From Amoeboradix gromovi X-113 (taxonomy: Eukaryota; Fungi; Sanchytriomycota): a stretch of DNA of 14,581 nucleotides. Below the pieces are notes generated by a model. The model worked only from the letters and a program-made list of their open reading frames with translations, did not search any database and was not told the origin of the DNA. The stretch is from positions 1 through 14,581 of the forward strand of contig JADGIF010000209.1 of the NCBI GenBank assembly GCA_018985225.1. The letters are read 5' to 3'. Numbering within the stretch: position 1 is the first letter of the stretch; every line of letters begins with the position of its first letter. The position numbers and the translations under genes were made by a program. Of the stretch, positions 1 to 9,533 are shown piece after piece.

Positions 1-84
1 GATCTTTTATTAACGATAGCATTCCTCCGTATGGAGCACCTCCTTTAAAAACGAGTTAGTCTAGTTTTTATATTTGGTGTCCCA
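1..84 (+). mobile_element. Right end of TIR-bounded non-autonomous element (family B, copy 1), truncated by the window start
   Basis: 28-84 is the exact reverse complement of 12894-12950 (57 nt). 1-27 continues the match with 3 substitutions and 1 indel. Also matches 820-903 in the same orientation. Confidence 0.85.
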
Positions 85-483
85 TGAGTAAAGTAAGATG
101 GACCGGAAGAATGATACAATGATGAGAAAAATAGCTGATACTTATGTTAATTGCTATTCTATGTTATCTGAGGATGAGAAAGATTTATTAAATTCTATGA
201 AAGATGTTTTAAGCAATGACAATCAGGTTCAATAAAATACTTTAAATACAACTATCATTACTCTTTTTTAAATGAAATTACTTTTATTCCCATTCACATA
301 ACCATCGTAAATGGAAACTGGAATCGCTTTAAGATAAACATTGACACAAAAAACTTAACTGTACCATTCAAACTATATGTTGTCCAATCATATGAAATAG
401 TGACATTTTGTCAGAATAGACTTGTATTTTAGGAGATGAAATGTTTCAAGCCATTTATCTCGACTAGTCAGAAACAGGAGTTA

Positions 484-903
484 GGGACATTTTGTCAGAT
501 CAGGTCCCAAATATAAAAACTAGACTAACTCTCTGAGACAGCTTGAATCATTATGTCAAGTGTGTATTAACCAGTAGTAAATTAAATTAATCTATTCAAG
601 TAAATTATTTTAGTATAAAAGCTTTTCATCCATTAAAATCTTAGAAACAATAACTAATAAGAAGAAGAGAAACAAAAAATAAGTTATACGAAAGGTGGTA
701 AGAAGAAGAAAATGGGACAGATAAGACACTCAAAGACCTTAATGGAAAGAAATAGTGAGTCATCTTGTTACATTATAAAGAGAGGAATGGCATTAATGAA
801 AGAAAATTGGTTTGAAAGAAGGACTTTTATTAATAATGGTATTTCCTCCTTATGGTGCACCTACTTTAAAGACGACTTGGACTAGTTTTTATATGTTGTC
901 CCA
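484..903 (+). mobile_element. TIR-bounded non-autonomous element (family B, copy 2, diverged)
   Basis: Left TIR core CAAATATAAAAACTAGACTAACT at 508-530, with GGGACAT at 484-490 probably the outer TIR part split off by a 17-nt insertion. Right end ...CTAGTTTTTATATGTTGTCCCA ends at 903. Both subterminal regions align with 12894-13192 (minus). Confidence 0.75.
712..885 (+). pseudogene. C-terminal coding remnant inside family B element, TnpB/Fanzor-like (degenerate RuvC-III region)
   Basis: Translates ...LMERNSESSCYIIKRGMALMKENWFERRTFINNGISSLWCTYFKDDLD*. Copy 3 (minus) gives ...ILKRGLKVMKENWYNRRSLINDSISFVWSTSFKNELV*, with EYRLRKCTFC upstream in another frame (13088-13059). The stop TAG lies inside the TIR. 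Family assignment is by motif resemblance only. Confidence 0.45.
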
Positions 904-1277
904 CTTATTAATATGTTTTTAGCGGAATAACATAAAAACAACAGACCATAAAGGCTAACGTTTGTAGCAAGTCGTAAGTCAGCAGATTTAGCAAATGAGT
1001 CGCACAGCGTCAAAATTTGATGTCCAGAAATCAAATGTGGTACGGTTGTAGAAATATTACTAACAACACAGGTAACTAACTTAATTTGAGAAAATTCCTA
1101 TCCATCTAGACATTATTGTTTTAAACGCAATCGTCAACCCAGAGAAACCGTATATCTGAGGACTCAAATGTTTTAATTGCGGTCACAAGACCATGGAGAT
1201 ATCCGCCCAGGCAAAAATGTGCTAAGATGGTATATACCCAAGTTGTCCACACTTAAAAATGTGAACTCTGATTTATT

Positions 1278-1348
1278 TCAGATCTTCGCGTTAACTTGGG
1301 CGATCTCTAAAATTATGTAATATCTGCAGGAACATCGCGAAGATCTGA
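1278..1348. repeat. 13-bp perfect inverted repeat TCAGATCTTCGCG / CGCGAAGATCTGA with a 45-nt spacer
   Basis: Arms at 1278-1290 and 1336-1348, read directly from the sequence. Confidence 0.85.
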
Positions 1349-1535
1349 CTTGGGGAGAAGAAATCATAGTACGGCGGTTTTGCCTAATATTTCCGGTTGC
1401 ACTAAAGCACTTCCGCAAAAATTGGTTAGTCTATTTTTACCGTGAGTATACAACAAGCTCTTATCCCAAGCTACTTTTAATATGACTTGAACTTGCTTAA
1501 CTTAAAGATGAATATTTTGATGGAAAGTATTAAGT

Positions 1536-2495
1536 TTATTCTCTTATTCGTAAGAAATCTGAATAACACCCAAATGCAGTTACTTCTGCACCTGCACCAG
1601 AACCTTGAATAACAAGACCCGTTGGAAATCGTTTTGACGTGATTTTTACCAGGTTGTCACTTCCTTCTAATCTTGCAAGAACATGACTCTTATCATATGA
1701 GCATAAAGACACCGTAGCACTCAGATTCTTGAAGTTGATCTTGCCTACATAACTCAACTTCTTATTCGCCTGATCTGCATTTTTGGCCAAGGTATGAAAA
1801 TGCTCATCATATGTAGGCAATTCAGTCAAGAAGTCAGTTAAATCTAAATCTCTAAGCGGCTCTGGTACAATATTTTCTACCTGAATTTGAGCAGCCTCCA
1901 AATCCAAATTGCAAACGCGCCCTAAAATCAACATCTTTCTCATGACGTCTATTCCATTCAAGTCATCTCGAGGATCAGGCTCAGTGTAACCTAACTTCTT
2001 GGCTTTAAGTACCACTTCGGAAAAGTTTTCTGAGAGATTGTTAAAAATGTAGGAAAGCGTTCCGCTAAGAACGCCTTCAATCATATGTATCTGGTCCCCA
2101 CTTTTTACCATATCACTCAATGTGCGGATAATTGGAAGGCCTGCACCGCAACTGCTTTCAAAGTAAATCTTCTTAGGTGAAGAAGCTAATAGCTTGTAAT
2201 ACTGTAAATCCCCACTGAATCCTTTTTTATTCGCCGCAATTATATGTTTGTTCCAGCTCAAGTACTGAAGTGCAATATCTTCATTTGCAGTACAATCAAT
2301 TATAACGTCGGTGTGCATTTTCATTTCTTCAACACCTTTACCCTGCTTTAACTCATTTCTCCAATCGGCTGAGGGCGCTAAACAGTATAATTTGCTGCTG
2401 CAAATTACGCTTACTGCAACCTTATTTTCGATAAACATATCTATCAAGGCACTACCAACTGTTCCAAGTCCAATAATTCCAATACGAAGAGACAT
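1536..2495 (-). CDS. HOM6: Homoserine dehydrogenase (monofunctional, fungal type)
   Basis: Rossmann motif IGIIGLGTVG; DCT; ANKK; FESSCGAGLPII; EGVLSGTLSYIFN; GYTEPDPRDDLNGIDVMRK; C-terminal GAGAEVTA. Intronless, 319 aa. Confidence 0.96.
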   Translation of the reverse strand: MSLRIGIIGLGTVGSALIDMFIENKVAVSVICSSKLYCLAPSADWRNELKQGKGVEEMKMHTDVIIDCTANEDIALQYLSWNKHIIAANKKGFSGDLQYYKLLASSPKKIYFESSCGAGLPIIRTLSDMVKSGDQIHMIEGVLSGTLSYIFNNLSENFSEVVLKAKKLGYTEPDPRDDLNGIDVMRKMLILGRVCNLDLEAAQIQVENIVPEPLRDLDLTDFLTELPTYDEHFHTLAKNADQANKKLSYVGKINFKNLSATVSLCSYDKSHVLARLEGSDNLVKITSKRFPTGLVIQGSGAGAEVTAFGCYSDFLRIRE

Positions 2496-2771
2496 GATAC
2501 CTCCTTTGCAGATTGGGACAGCTTTTGATACTAACTAAATAAACAATCTATCACGATTGCGTGAGATGTTTCACTCATGTATAAGTGTTTGGGCCCTTTC
2601 TCTCAAAGTCTCTGTCATTTATGCCATGATAAAATCATACGTAACTTCAAAAAAGGAGATTATCTATTTCATTCATGTTTGCAATTTACACTAGAAAGTG
2701 CCATTATCTTAGTAACCTCAGTTTAAATTTGATTTTAATGTTTTATTTATTCTATGTTTTCAGTCTTGCCA

Positions 2772-2845
2772 GCTCGCTTAGATCAGTTGGTTAGATCGTC
2801 GAGCTAATAACTCGAAGGTCGACAGTTCAATCCTGTCAGTGAGCA
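2772..2845 (+). tRNA. tRNA-Ile, anticodon AAT (IAU), no intron, no encoded CCA
   Basis: Acceptor stem GCTCGCT/AGTGAGC plus discriminator A; D stem GATC/GATC with loop AGTTGGTTA; anticodon stem TCGAG/CTCGA with loop CT-AAT-AA (anticodon 2806-2808); variable loop AGGTC; T stem GACAG/CTGTC with loop TTCAATC. Confidence 0.97.
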
Positions 2846-2846
2846 T

Positions 2847-3512
2847 TTACATTATCTTTTGGTTAATTTCCTCAATAAACTCGTCAATGCACATTTGCTT
2901 TAAGTTCGCTTTCATTGTGCATGCTACGATATGCCATTCATCTATATCAAAGTGATATATGCCGACGTTTTCACATGTATATTTTCCGTCCTGATATACA
3001 ACGTTCACATTATCTTCAAAACCGGTTCCCATACACTTTAAATAAGATTCTTTTGCTGTCCACACATGGCAAAATCGGTTTATATCTTTTCCAATAAATT
3101 CCAACTCTTCCTTGAACAATACCAACGACAGCTGCCTAATAAAAACCTGCTCTTCCTCTTTTTTTTTGTTTTCTATATCATGGTATATTTGTTTTTTATC
3201 CATTACATCTATTCCAACCTGTTTTTTATCTACTGCGCAGACAACATAATCCCCATCATGGCTTATATTCATGTCCATCTCTGAGTTCATAACACATGGT
3301 CTATTGTGTTTATTTCTCTTTATTTCCGGAAACTTCCCATTATGCAGCATGGTCATACCTAGCAGCAGTCCACACAAACTTCTGCACTTGTCTAAATCAT
3401 CCCTAAACCTCATTATTCTCAGCTTTTCACTCTCAGATATTATACCCATAAATTCCTTGAGCTTTTTAAACGAATCCCTGTCTATTTTTATAACACATAT
3501 GCAAGGTTTCAT
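2847..3512 (-). CDS. LYS5: 4'-phosphopantetheinyl transferase, Sfp/Lys5/AASDHPPT type
   Basis: Motifs NISHDGDYVVCA, VGIDVM and WTAKESYLKCMGTG; N-terminal SESEKLRIMRFRDDLD matches the typical Sfp-family start. Confidence 0.9.
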   Translation of the reverse strand: MKPCICVIKIDRDSFKKLKEFMGIISESEKLRIMRFRDDLDKCRSLCGLLLGMTMLHNGKFPEIKRNKHNRPCVMNSEMDMNISHDGDYVVCAVDKKQVGIDVMDKKQIYHDIENKKKEEEQVFIRQLSLVLFKEELEFIGKDINRFCHVWTAKESYLKCMGTGFEDNVNVVYQDGKYTCENVGIYHFDIDEWHIVACTMKANLKQMCIDEFIEEINQKIM

Positions 3513-3559
3513 TGCACAATTTTGAAAAAATTATTTTATTTATTATGCAAGTTTGTTAT

Positions 3560-6500
3560 CTACATGACTTTTATAGCTCTTTGTAAGTATTCAACTTTTT
3601 GCTTTATTTCTCGAACTACCATGTCATACAATATCTCTTCACACTTGTTTACATCTTTTAAATCACCTTGAATTTTATTAAGTACTTCTGACTTCTTGAC
3701 ATTAGTATTCAATTCAAATTTGTCATACATTCTCTTGTAATACCTGTAATAATGTTCCTTCAAAAGTGCCATTTCCAAGAATGCCCCAAAGTATCTTCTA
3801 CAATCCTCCCATTCCACTATGTCATCTATCACCTTCATTTGCATCATCCTTTCTGGTGTATCATGTAAACCCGCATAATATTCAGCAATCTGCAATACCA
3901 ATGATGTCTGTGCTTGTGGTATCTTCACCGCTCCCTTGTCAAACATGCTATTGTACAGTTGTAACTGTTTTTCGTTCCTTAGTTTAATAGCTGCTAATCC
4001 CTGAGGCTCTAATATGTTGCCTTTCGAAGTTTTGTCTGCAAATATACTGATTTGTTCTTTATTTATGGATGAATCCAATACCACCCACGAGCCTCCTCTT
4101 AATTCACCATTTGGTAGTATGTATATAATCACTGGTTGCTTATATTGTTGTAACTGCTCAACAATCATTGATCCGAACTTCAATACCATATTGTACATAT
4201 CTGTCTGTCCCCCACTAAATCCTCTCCAATTTGCTAATATTAGCAATGGCAACCCTTCATGGTTAAAGTCCTTTATTGCTTCTGCAGTTTTATATGCACC
4301 ATTTGGATAAAATACATGTGCTGCTTCACTTACACATCTCTCGCTACTTGCTAATTGCGCTGGGTCTGCAGGTATATAGGATTCACTTTTTATTGAGTCA
4401 CTAGTTATAACACCAATAGGATAGCCCATTAATCTGCCTCTTCCAATTATGATAGTCTTAGCCCATCCACCACATGTCTCCATAAATGATCCTTTATCTA
4501 ATAACCCGTCATACTCGACGCTGCATATCGATGCTCTAATGTTGCTATAATCGTATTTATCGAGAGTGGTTCTGCTATCGGTAACCAACCGGGGTGCCAG
4601 CTCACCCATAGTAAGTGGTACATACTGAATCCATTTAAGTGCTTTATTAAATGCATCTTGATCTGTGTTCACTATCAAATGACTGGTACCGTTGCTGTAC
4701 ATGACCTCTGGTCCTCCGAGTTGTAGATTGTTGTTGTAAACTTTATTCTGTAATAATTTATTCAACGCATCTTTACCGGTTAGTAAGATGCACGAGTCTT
4801 TCTTTTGAATTACTCTACTAGCTAGTCTGCTTAAATAAGCCCCTATCCCTACAGATCTACAGCTTACAATGCTTACAGTAAAACATTCGTTGTAGCACTC
4901 AAACGTCTCACTCGCTATTAAACCACTAGCACTAAGGTTCTCTACTCCTATATTGGTGCCCACAACACTCTTGATCCTCTGCTCATTTTCAAGCTGTTCA
5001 AAAACTACATCCTGCAATATATCAGGACTGTTCAGTTTCAGAAACAAGTAGTTCTCTGAAGTGATGTACAAGTACTGAATCTGATTATTTACCAATTTTA
5101 CCTGTAAATAAGGTATTATAGAATCAACCACACCGACTCTAGCGCCGCTGTTGCAACTGAAGTATATTCTAGGTAATCTATATTTTCTACAATATTCACT
5201 GATCCTGTAAAAATATTGAGATTCTAATACGCTAAATGAGCCATAATTATTGCAGATATCATTTGCTATAACGATTACTGATCTACCTTGGGGAGCTTCT
5301 GGCGATTTGTAGATAAATTTGTACGCAACCATGGCTATTGTAGCTGGTATGAATGTGGTGGATTCGACAACTTGATCATTGATGACTTGCAAATACAAAA
5401 CACTTTCTAGAGAACCATTTAACTCAGCAACAGACCGGCTTATAATGCTTGGAATATCATGAATGTATATAGTATTCATGCTGATAGCTTTGGCTCTATT
5501 AGATTGAATTGCTGTAATCGGCAAATAAGGCTCTTTAATTGCAGTATTGTTGATAATCATCTTTATGTTTAACCCGTCTTCATCCGATGCTATAAATCTG
5601 CAAGACTGCGGTTCGCTGTACTCGCTAGTTATCACTGTGAATATTATCTCAGAGGTCGTTATTTTCAACTTTCTAAATAGAACACCATGCTGTTTAATGA
5701 ATTTGGTTAACTCCAGTTCAATAACAGTTATCTCCAACATAAATATCGGTTTAAATACTACAAACAAATGATTATGATTGCTGTTTGGATGGGCAATAGA
5801 AGCTATTTCCATTACATTTAACATTACAGCCAGCATTTGTCTTCCATGATTTAAAAGGAATGATTTGATGTCTATACTGTGGTTAATATCATTATCAAAT
5901 GTATGAGTAACATACCTAATGAAAATACGCTCGTCATTCTTATTGTCTTTTGCTATTGCATGATAGACTTGACATTTAACATTATCATAAAACAATGGAT
6001 TTATGGTAAAGTTGACAAATCTAGACAGTTCCAAATCTACAACAAGACCAGGCTCCACATTTCTAATTACAATGTCTTCAACTTTATTTTTAAAAGTAAA
6101 GTATTTTAGAAACGACTTGGATTTGTAAATTATAAACGTTATTCTAGTGTTCCAGGTGTATTGAACCAATAGTTTAGACCACTCCTCATCGGTATAGCCA
6201 TATATATCATCCAATATCACATAAATTAGATTAATTCTGTCGTTGTTAAATTCATTCAACTGGTCCGACAAATGCTTAACACTGGCTACCACTATGCGTC
6301 CTTCTATATCTTCTTTGCTAAACGTCAACACGTCTTCACTGAGCACACTGGTTCTGGTGGCGGGTCCAACAGTTTTAGCTATAAAGCACATTAAACAGCA
6401 ATGCTTGATAAATGGTTCATTAAGAGCAAATTCAACAAGCAAGTCTAATATACAACAAGGAGATTCGACTAGCGATACTAAGAGCTCACTGGGGTTATTG

Positions 6501-9406
6501 GAATTCATTAATTCATTTAGGTATTGCTGCAACTGTGTGACTTTTTGAGACCATGTAGGAACTTGACAATACAGTAACAATTCCTTGGCTTTAATGGAAA
6601 TTGATTGATCTATTCTGGTGTTATAAGCCAACTCTTTGATTTCATCTATGAAATGCTTATTTAGTATGGATATGCTTTTCTCACTCTTTAACAAGTCCAA
6701 CAAACAGGATATTAATTCCATGGTCCAGGTTGTATAGTGATGCTTCCATAGGACTGAGAGCCATTTATTGTAATCGTTGGGATATTTGCGCTTTAATGAT
6801 TCTAATATATCATTATTGGAGTGCAAGTTAGTAAAAAATTCCACATCGGTGCAAAAATCATGGAACAAGTCGCCCACGCAATCCATTTCGTACGACGCAC
6901 GCCCATTTCGGAACTTTTTAGCTAATAAAAGAGGCTTGGCTGCATTCGCATTGTCACTTAATAGTTCAATTAACTTTACAGATGGAAAATCCAGGTTATC
7001 ATGCTCCGATTGCGTGATGTGATTCATTATAAGGTCAATATTAGGGATTCGGCCTTCAAGTAGCAGCAAATGTTGTTTAATCATATCAAATGGCAGTTCA
7101 TAACGAGCAAACAATGATAGATACACAGAACAAGTAAGTCCCACATCGGCTTCTGGATGGTAGCCGCTCATAATGTTCGTAATTTGTCTAGTCATGTCGT
7201 TGAATACTCCAATACATGTATCATTTGGTGATCCAGGCCTAGAAATCTTGGGAAATTGTCCATTAAAAAAAGTCAACTCTTCATTATCCACGTGATTTGT
7301 GAACTTGCATATGGGCTGATTTGCAATTATAGAAGCACCCTCGTTTTCTAGTATTTGTAGGCTCCCAGACTTTGGCGAAAATATAGGTGAAATCATCTTC
7401 ATGACCTCCATATAACAAATTACATCACCTTTAACAACATGTTGACCATCTGAAATGCACCATTTTGTAATCTTACCACTCCCTATAGATTTTACTGTTG
7501 ATTTATCGTAATTCATTTCAAGTGTAAATATTTGGTTTCTAAAACTTACTTCTAAACAACTACTAAAATCCCTTCCATAAACTGTATTAGAGTTAAATCC
7601 GTCACTTATTAACAGTCCACCATCTGCTAACTCTACAAAGTCCACGATCATGTACGAGTTATTTAAAACTAGCTTTATTTTTGTAGCTTCGCATTCAAAC
7701 CCTTGTAGCTTGTATCCAACATTGTTTATTACGCACTGAAACTCGCAGTCTCTTTTAAACAGCGCTTTTTTAGGCAGTTTGCCACGCTTCAAATCATTTA
7801 CAAAGTATTCATCTCTTTGCTTAAATTTGATGTAGAAGTAATAAACAGACCCATATAATACAGCAGTGAACTCGTCATTGAACGTTTTTATCCTTTGATG
7901 CTTTAAAAGATCGTCAAGCCACTCGGTATTATAGTTATTTTGAATAAAAGCTTGAGTCTCCATCAGCTTTACCAAATATGCTACCGACGTTCTGAATTCA
8001 CTTTGTATACTCAATTCACGCAACGCAACGATTAAGTTGATTCTTGCTTCATCTCTAGTGGCTCCCTGTGAAAATACATGACCAAATTGAGAATCAGCAA
8101 ACTCGTGTAATCCACCTTTACTGTCAACAGAAAAGTAGCCCCATACATTGTTCCGAGATTTAAAGGACAGTTGACTCATAGTACCACTAGAAGGAAGGAA
8201 CCCTTTATCTGGATTTTCAGCTGTAATTCGAGCGGAAATCACATGGCATAATGGCTTTGGATATATATTTGAGGCGTATAAATCAAAGTCATCCGAATCT
8301 ATTTTAAGAAATTTAACGATATCAGGTATTTTTGTTAACGGAATACCCATGGCAACCTGAACTTGACATGCCAACAGGTTTAAACCAGTTATCATCTCAG
8401 TACAAGGATGCTCGACCTGCAGCCTCGGGTTCAACTCCAAAAAGTAGAACTCATTAGAATTAGGATCATAAAGATATTCAACAGTGCCTGCGGATCTATA
8501 GCCGACCATTCTAGCCAATTTGACCGCACATTTTTCCATCTTGGAAATAACATTGACTGGCACAATAACAGCTGGAGCTTCCTCAATAATCTTCTGATGT
8601 CTGCGCTGAACTGAGCAGTCTCTACTAAACACACTTATGGAATCTCCGTATTCGTCTGATAGCAATTGAACCTCAACATGCCTAACATTCACAGCTGTTT
8701 TCATAACAAAAATCGGAGAACCAGGAAGCTCCGCTTTGACCTGAGAGTACATTTCTGGAACTTGTGAGGAATCCAACACTTTTCGAATACCTTTACCACC
8801 TCCACCTTCACTGGCCTTTATCATTGATGGATATCCAATTCTGTCGCACCAGTCTTGACAATGTTGAACAGATTTAATAGAAGCTTCATTATAATACAAA
8901 TCAATGTCGGAAATATTTTCAATATGTATGTCCTTGCCGTTCCAAGGTATGCAAGGCACCCCCGCAGATTGAGCCAAAATCATCGAGCCAATCTTATCAC
9001 CCAAAGCTCTCATTGCAGTAGCATTAGGTCCAATGAACAAAATACCCTCCTTACTCAACCTTTCTGGTAAGAAAGGATTCTCTGAAGCATGGCCCCAACC
9101 AGGCCAAACTGCATCAACATTGTACTGCTTTGCGATTTCGATAATAAGGTGAACGTTAGCGTAATTGTCCACGTTTCCACCACCAATTACCTTAACATAT
9201 TGGTCTGCAATTTTAATAAATTCTGCATTCACTTTCAAATCATCGTCTGATGCCATGACAATTAACTCAACCGCATCCTCAGAGAACTGCTCATAGGACC
9301 ATTGCCGTATACTCCTAATGCATTTAACCGCAGCTATTCCATTATTGGCAATAAGGATTCTTTTTATGGCTTTCTTTCCTTTCTTTGAGTCGCAATACTG
9401 TTGCAT
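3560..9406 (-). CDS. ACC1: Acetyl-CoA carboxylase, eukaryotic multidomain (BC-BT-BCCP-central-CT), intronless, 1948 aa
   Basis: Biotin carboxylase motifs ILIANNGIAAVK, WPGWGHASENP, KASEGGGGKGIRK, RDCSVQRRHQK, ELNPRLQVEHP; biotinylation motif EVMKM (7394-7408); carboxyltransferase motifs NSGARVG, RSVGIGAYL, QLGGPEVM, ANWRGFSGG, GELRGGSWVVLD. Confidence 0.98.
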   Translation of the reverse strand: MQQYCDSKKGKKAIKRILIANNGIAAVKCIRSIRQWSYEQFSEDAVELIVMASDDDLKVNAEFIKIADQYVKVIGGGNVDNYANVHLIIEIAKQYNVDAVWPGWGHASENPFLPERLSKEGILFIGPNATAMRALGDKIGSMILAQSAGVPCIPWNGKDIHIENISDIDLYYNEASIKSVQHCQDWCDRIGYPSMIKASEGGGGKGIRKVLDSSQVPEMYSQVKAELPGSPIFVMKTAVNVRHVEVQLLSDEYGDSISVFSRDCSVQRRHQKIIEEAPAVIVPVNVISKMEKCAVKLARMVGYRSAGTVEYLYDPNSNEFYFLELNPRLQVEHPCTEMITGLNLLACQVQVAMGIPLTKIPDIVKFLKIDSDDFDLYASNIYPKPLCHVISARITAENPDKGFLPSSGTMSQLSFKSRNNVWGYFSVDSKGGLHEFADSQFGHVFSQGATRDEARINLIVALRELSIQSEFRTSVAYLVKLMETQAFIQNNYNTEWLDDLLKHQRIKTFNDEFTAVLYGSVYYFYIKFKQRDEYFVNDLKRGKLPKKALFKRDCEFQCVINNVGYKLQGFECEATKIKLVLNNSYMIVDFVELADGGLLISDGFNSNTVYGRDFSSCLEVSFRNQIFTLEMNYDKSTVKSIGSGKITKWCISDGQHVVKGDVICYMEVMKMISPIFSPKSGSLQILENEGASIIANQPICKFTNHVDNEELTFFNGQFPKISRPGSPNDTCIGVFNDMTRQITNIMSGYHPEADVGLTCSVYLSLFARYELPFDMIKQHLLLLEGRIPNIDLIMNHITQSEHDNLDFPSVKLIELLSDNANAAKPLLLAKKFRNGRASYEMDCVGDLFHDFCTDVEFFTNLHSNNDILESLKRKYPNDYNKWLSVLWKHHYTTWTMELISCLLDLLKSEKSISILNKHFIDEIKELAYNTRIDQSISIKAKELLLYCQVPTWSQKVTQLQQYLNELMNSNNPSELLVSLVESPCCILDLLVEFALNEPFIKHCCLMCFIAKTVGPATRTSVLSEDVLTFSKEDIEGRIVVASVKHLSDQLNEFNNDRINLIYVILDDIYGYTDEEWSKLLVQYTWNTRITFIIYKSKSFLKYFTFKNKVEDIVIRNVEPGLVVDLELSRFVNFTINPLFYDNVKCQVYHAIAKDNKNDERIFIRYVTHTFDNDINHSIDIKSFLLNHGRQMLAVMLNVMEIASIAHPNSNHNHLFVVFKPIFMLEITVIELELTKFIKQHGVLFRKLKITTSEIIFTVITSEYSEPQSCRFIASDEDGLNIKMIINNTAIKEPYLPITAIQSNRAKAISMNTIYIHDIPSIISRSVAELNGSLESVLYLQVINDQVVESTTFIPATIAMVAYKFIYKSPEAPQGRSVIVIANDICNNYGSFSVLESQYFYRISEYCRKYRLPRIYFSCNSGARVGVVDSIIPYLQVKLVNNQIQYLYITSENYLFLKLNSPDILQDVVFEQLENEQRIKSVVGTNIGVENLSASGLIASETFECYNECFTVSIVSCRSVGIGAYLSRLASRVIQKKDSCILLTGKDALNKLLQNKVYNNNLQLGGPEVMYSNGTSHLIVNTDQDAFNKALKWIQYVPLTMGELAPRLVTDSRTTLDKYDYSNIRASICSVEYDGLLDKGSFMETCGGWAKTIIIGRGRLMGYPIGVITSDSIKSESYIPADPAQLASSERCVSEAAHVFYPNGAYKTAEAIKDFNHEGLPLLILANWRGFSGGQTDMYNMVLKFGSMIVEQLQQYKQPVIIYILPNGELRGGSWVVLDSSINKEQISIFADKTSKGNILEPQGLAAIKLRNEKQLQLYNSMFDKGAVKIPQAQTSLVLQIAEYYAGLHDTPERMMQMKVIDDIVEWEDCRRYFGAFLEMALLKEHYYRYYKRMYDKFELNTNVKKSEVLNKIQGDLKDVNKCEEILYDMVVREIKQKVEYLQRAIKVM

Positions 9407-9533
9407 GATGGGGTAACGTATTGCGATTCTCTGAAAGGTCTAATGCATTAGAGTTTAACTTAGTTCAATAATATCGTAAAATTGCGTTATTGAACTACAT
9501 TCCAATTCTTTCCAGAAAATACTTCAACACAAA
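9407..9533. promoter_or_regulatory. 127-bp divergent intergenic region (likely bidirectional promoter) with an 11-bp perfect inverted repeat
   Basis: ACC and the hydrolase start head-to-head. TAGTTCAATAA (9461-9471) pairs with TTATTGAACTA (9487-9497). Palindrome TAATGCATTA at 9441-9450. Confidence 0.55.

Noticed and set aside
98-432. Short frames MDRKNDTMM...VQ* (98-235) and MKLLLFPFT* (272-301)
   Set aside because: Too short or interrupted, and no family recognised. Possibly gene debris.
1000-1230. Zinc-knuckle-like fragments CPEIKCG and KCFNCGH
   Set aside because: No complete CX2CX4HX4C and the frames are broken by stops. Too weak to call a gag or CNBP-like remnant.
2499-2507. Shine-Dalgarno-like AAAGGAGGT upstream of HOM6
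   Set aside because: Only 3 nt from the ATG, the context is eukaryotic, and no other gene here has one. Most likely chance.
2311-9070. Short ORFs overlapping HOM6, PPTase and ACC (also 11541-11744)
   Set aside because: Antisense or out-of-frame shadows of real genes, with no recognisable motifs.
3560-9406. Non-standard genetic code, suggested by stop codons at shared positions in the repeat copies
   Set aside because: ACC reads through 1948 codons under the standard code and intact genes end in TAA or TAG.
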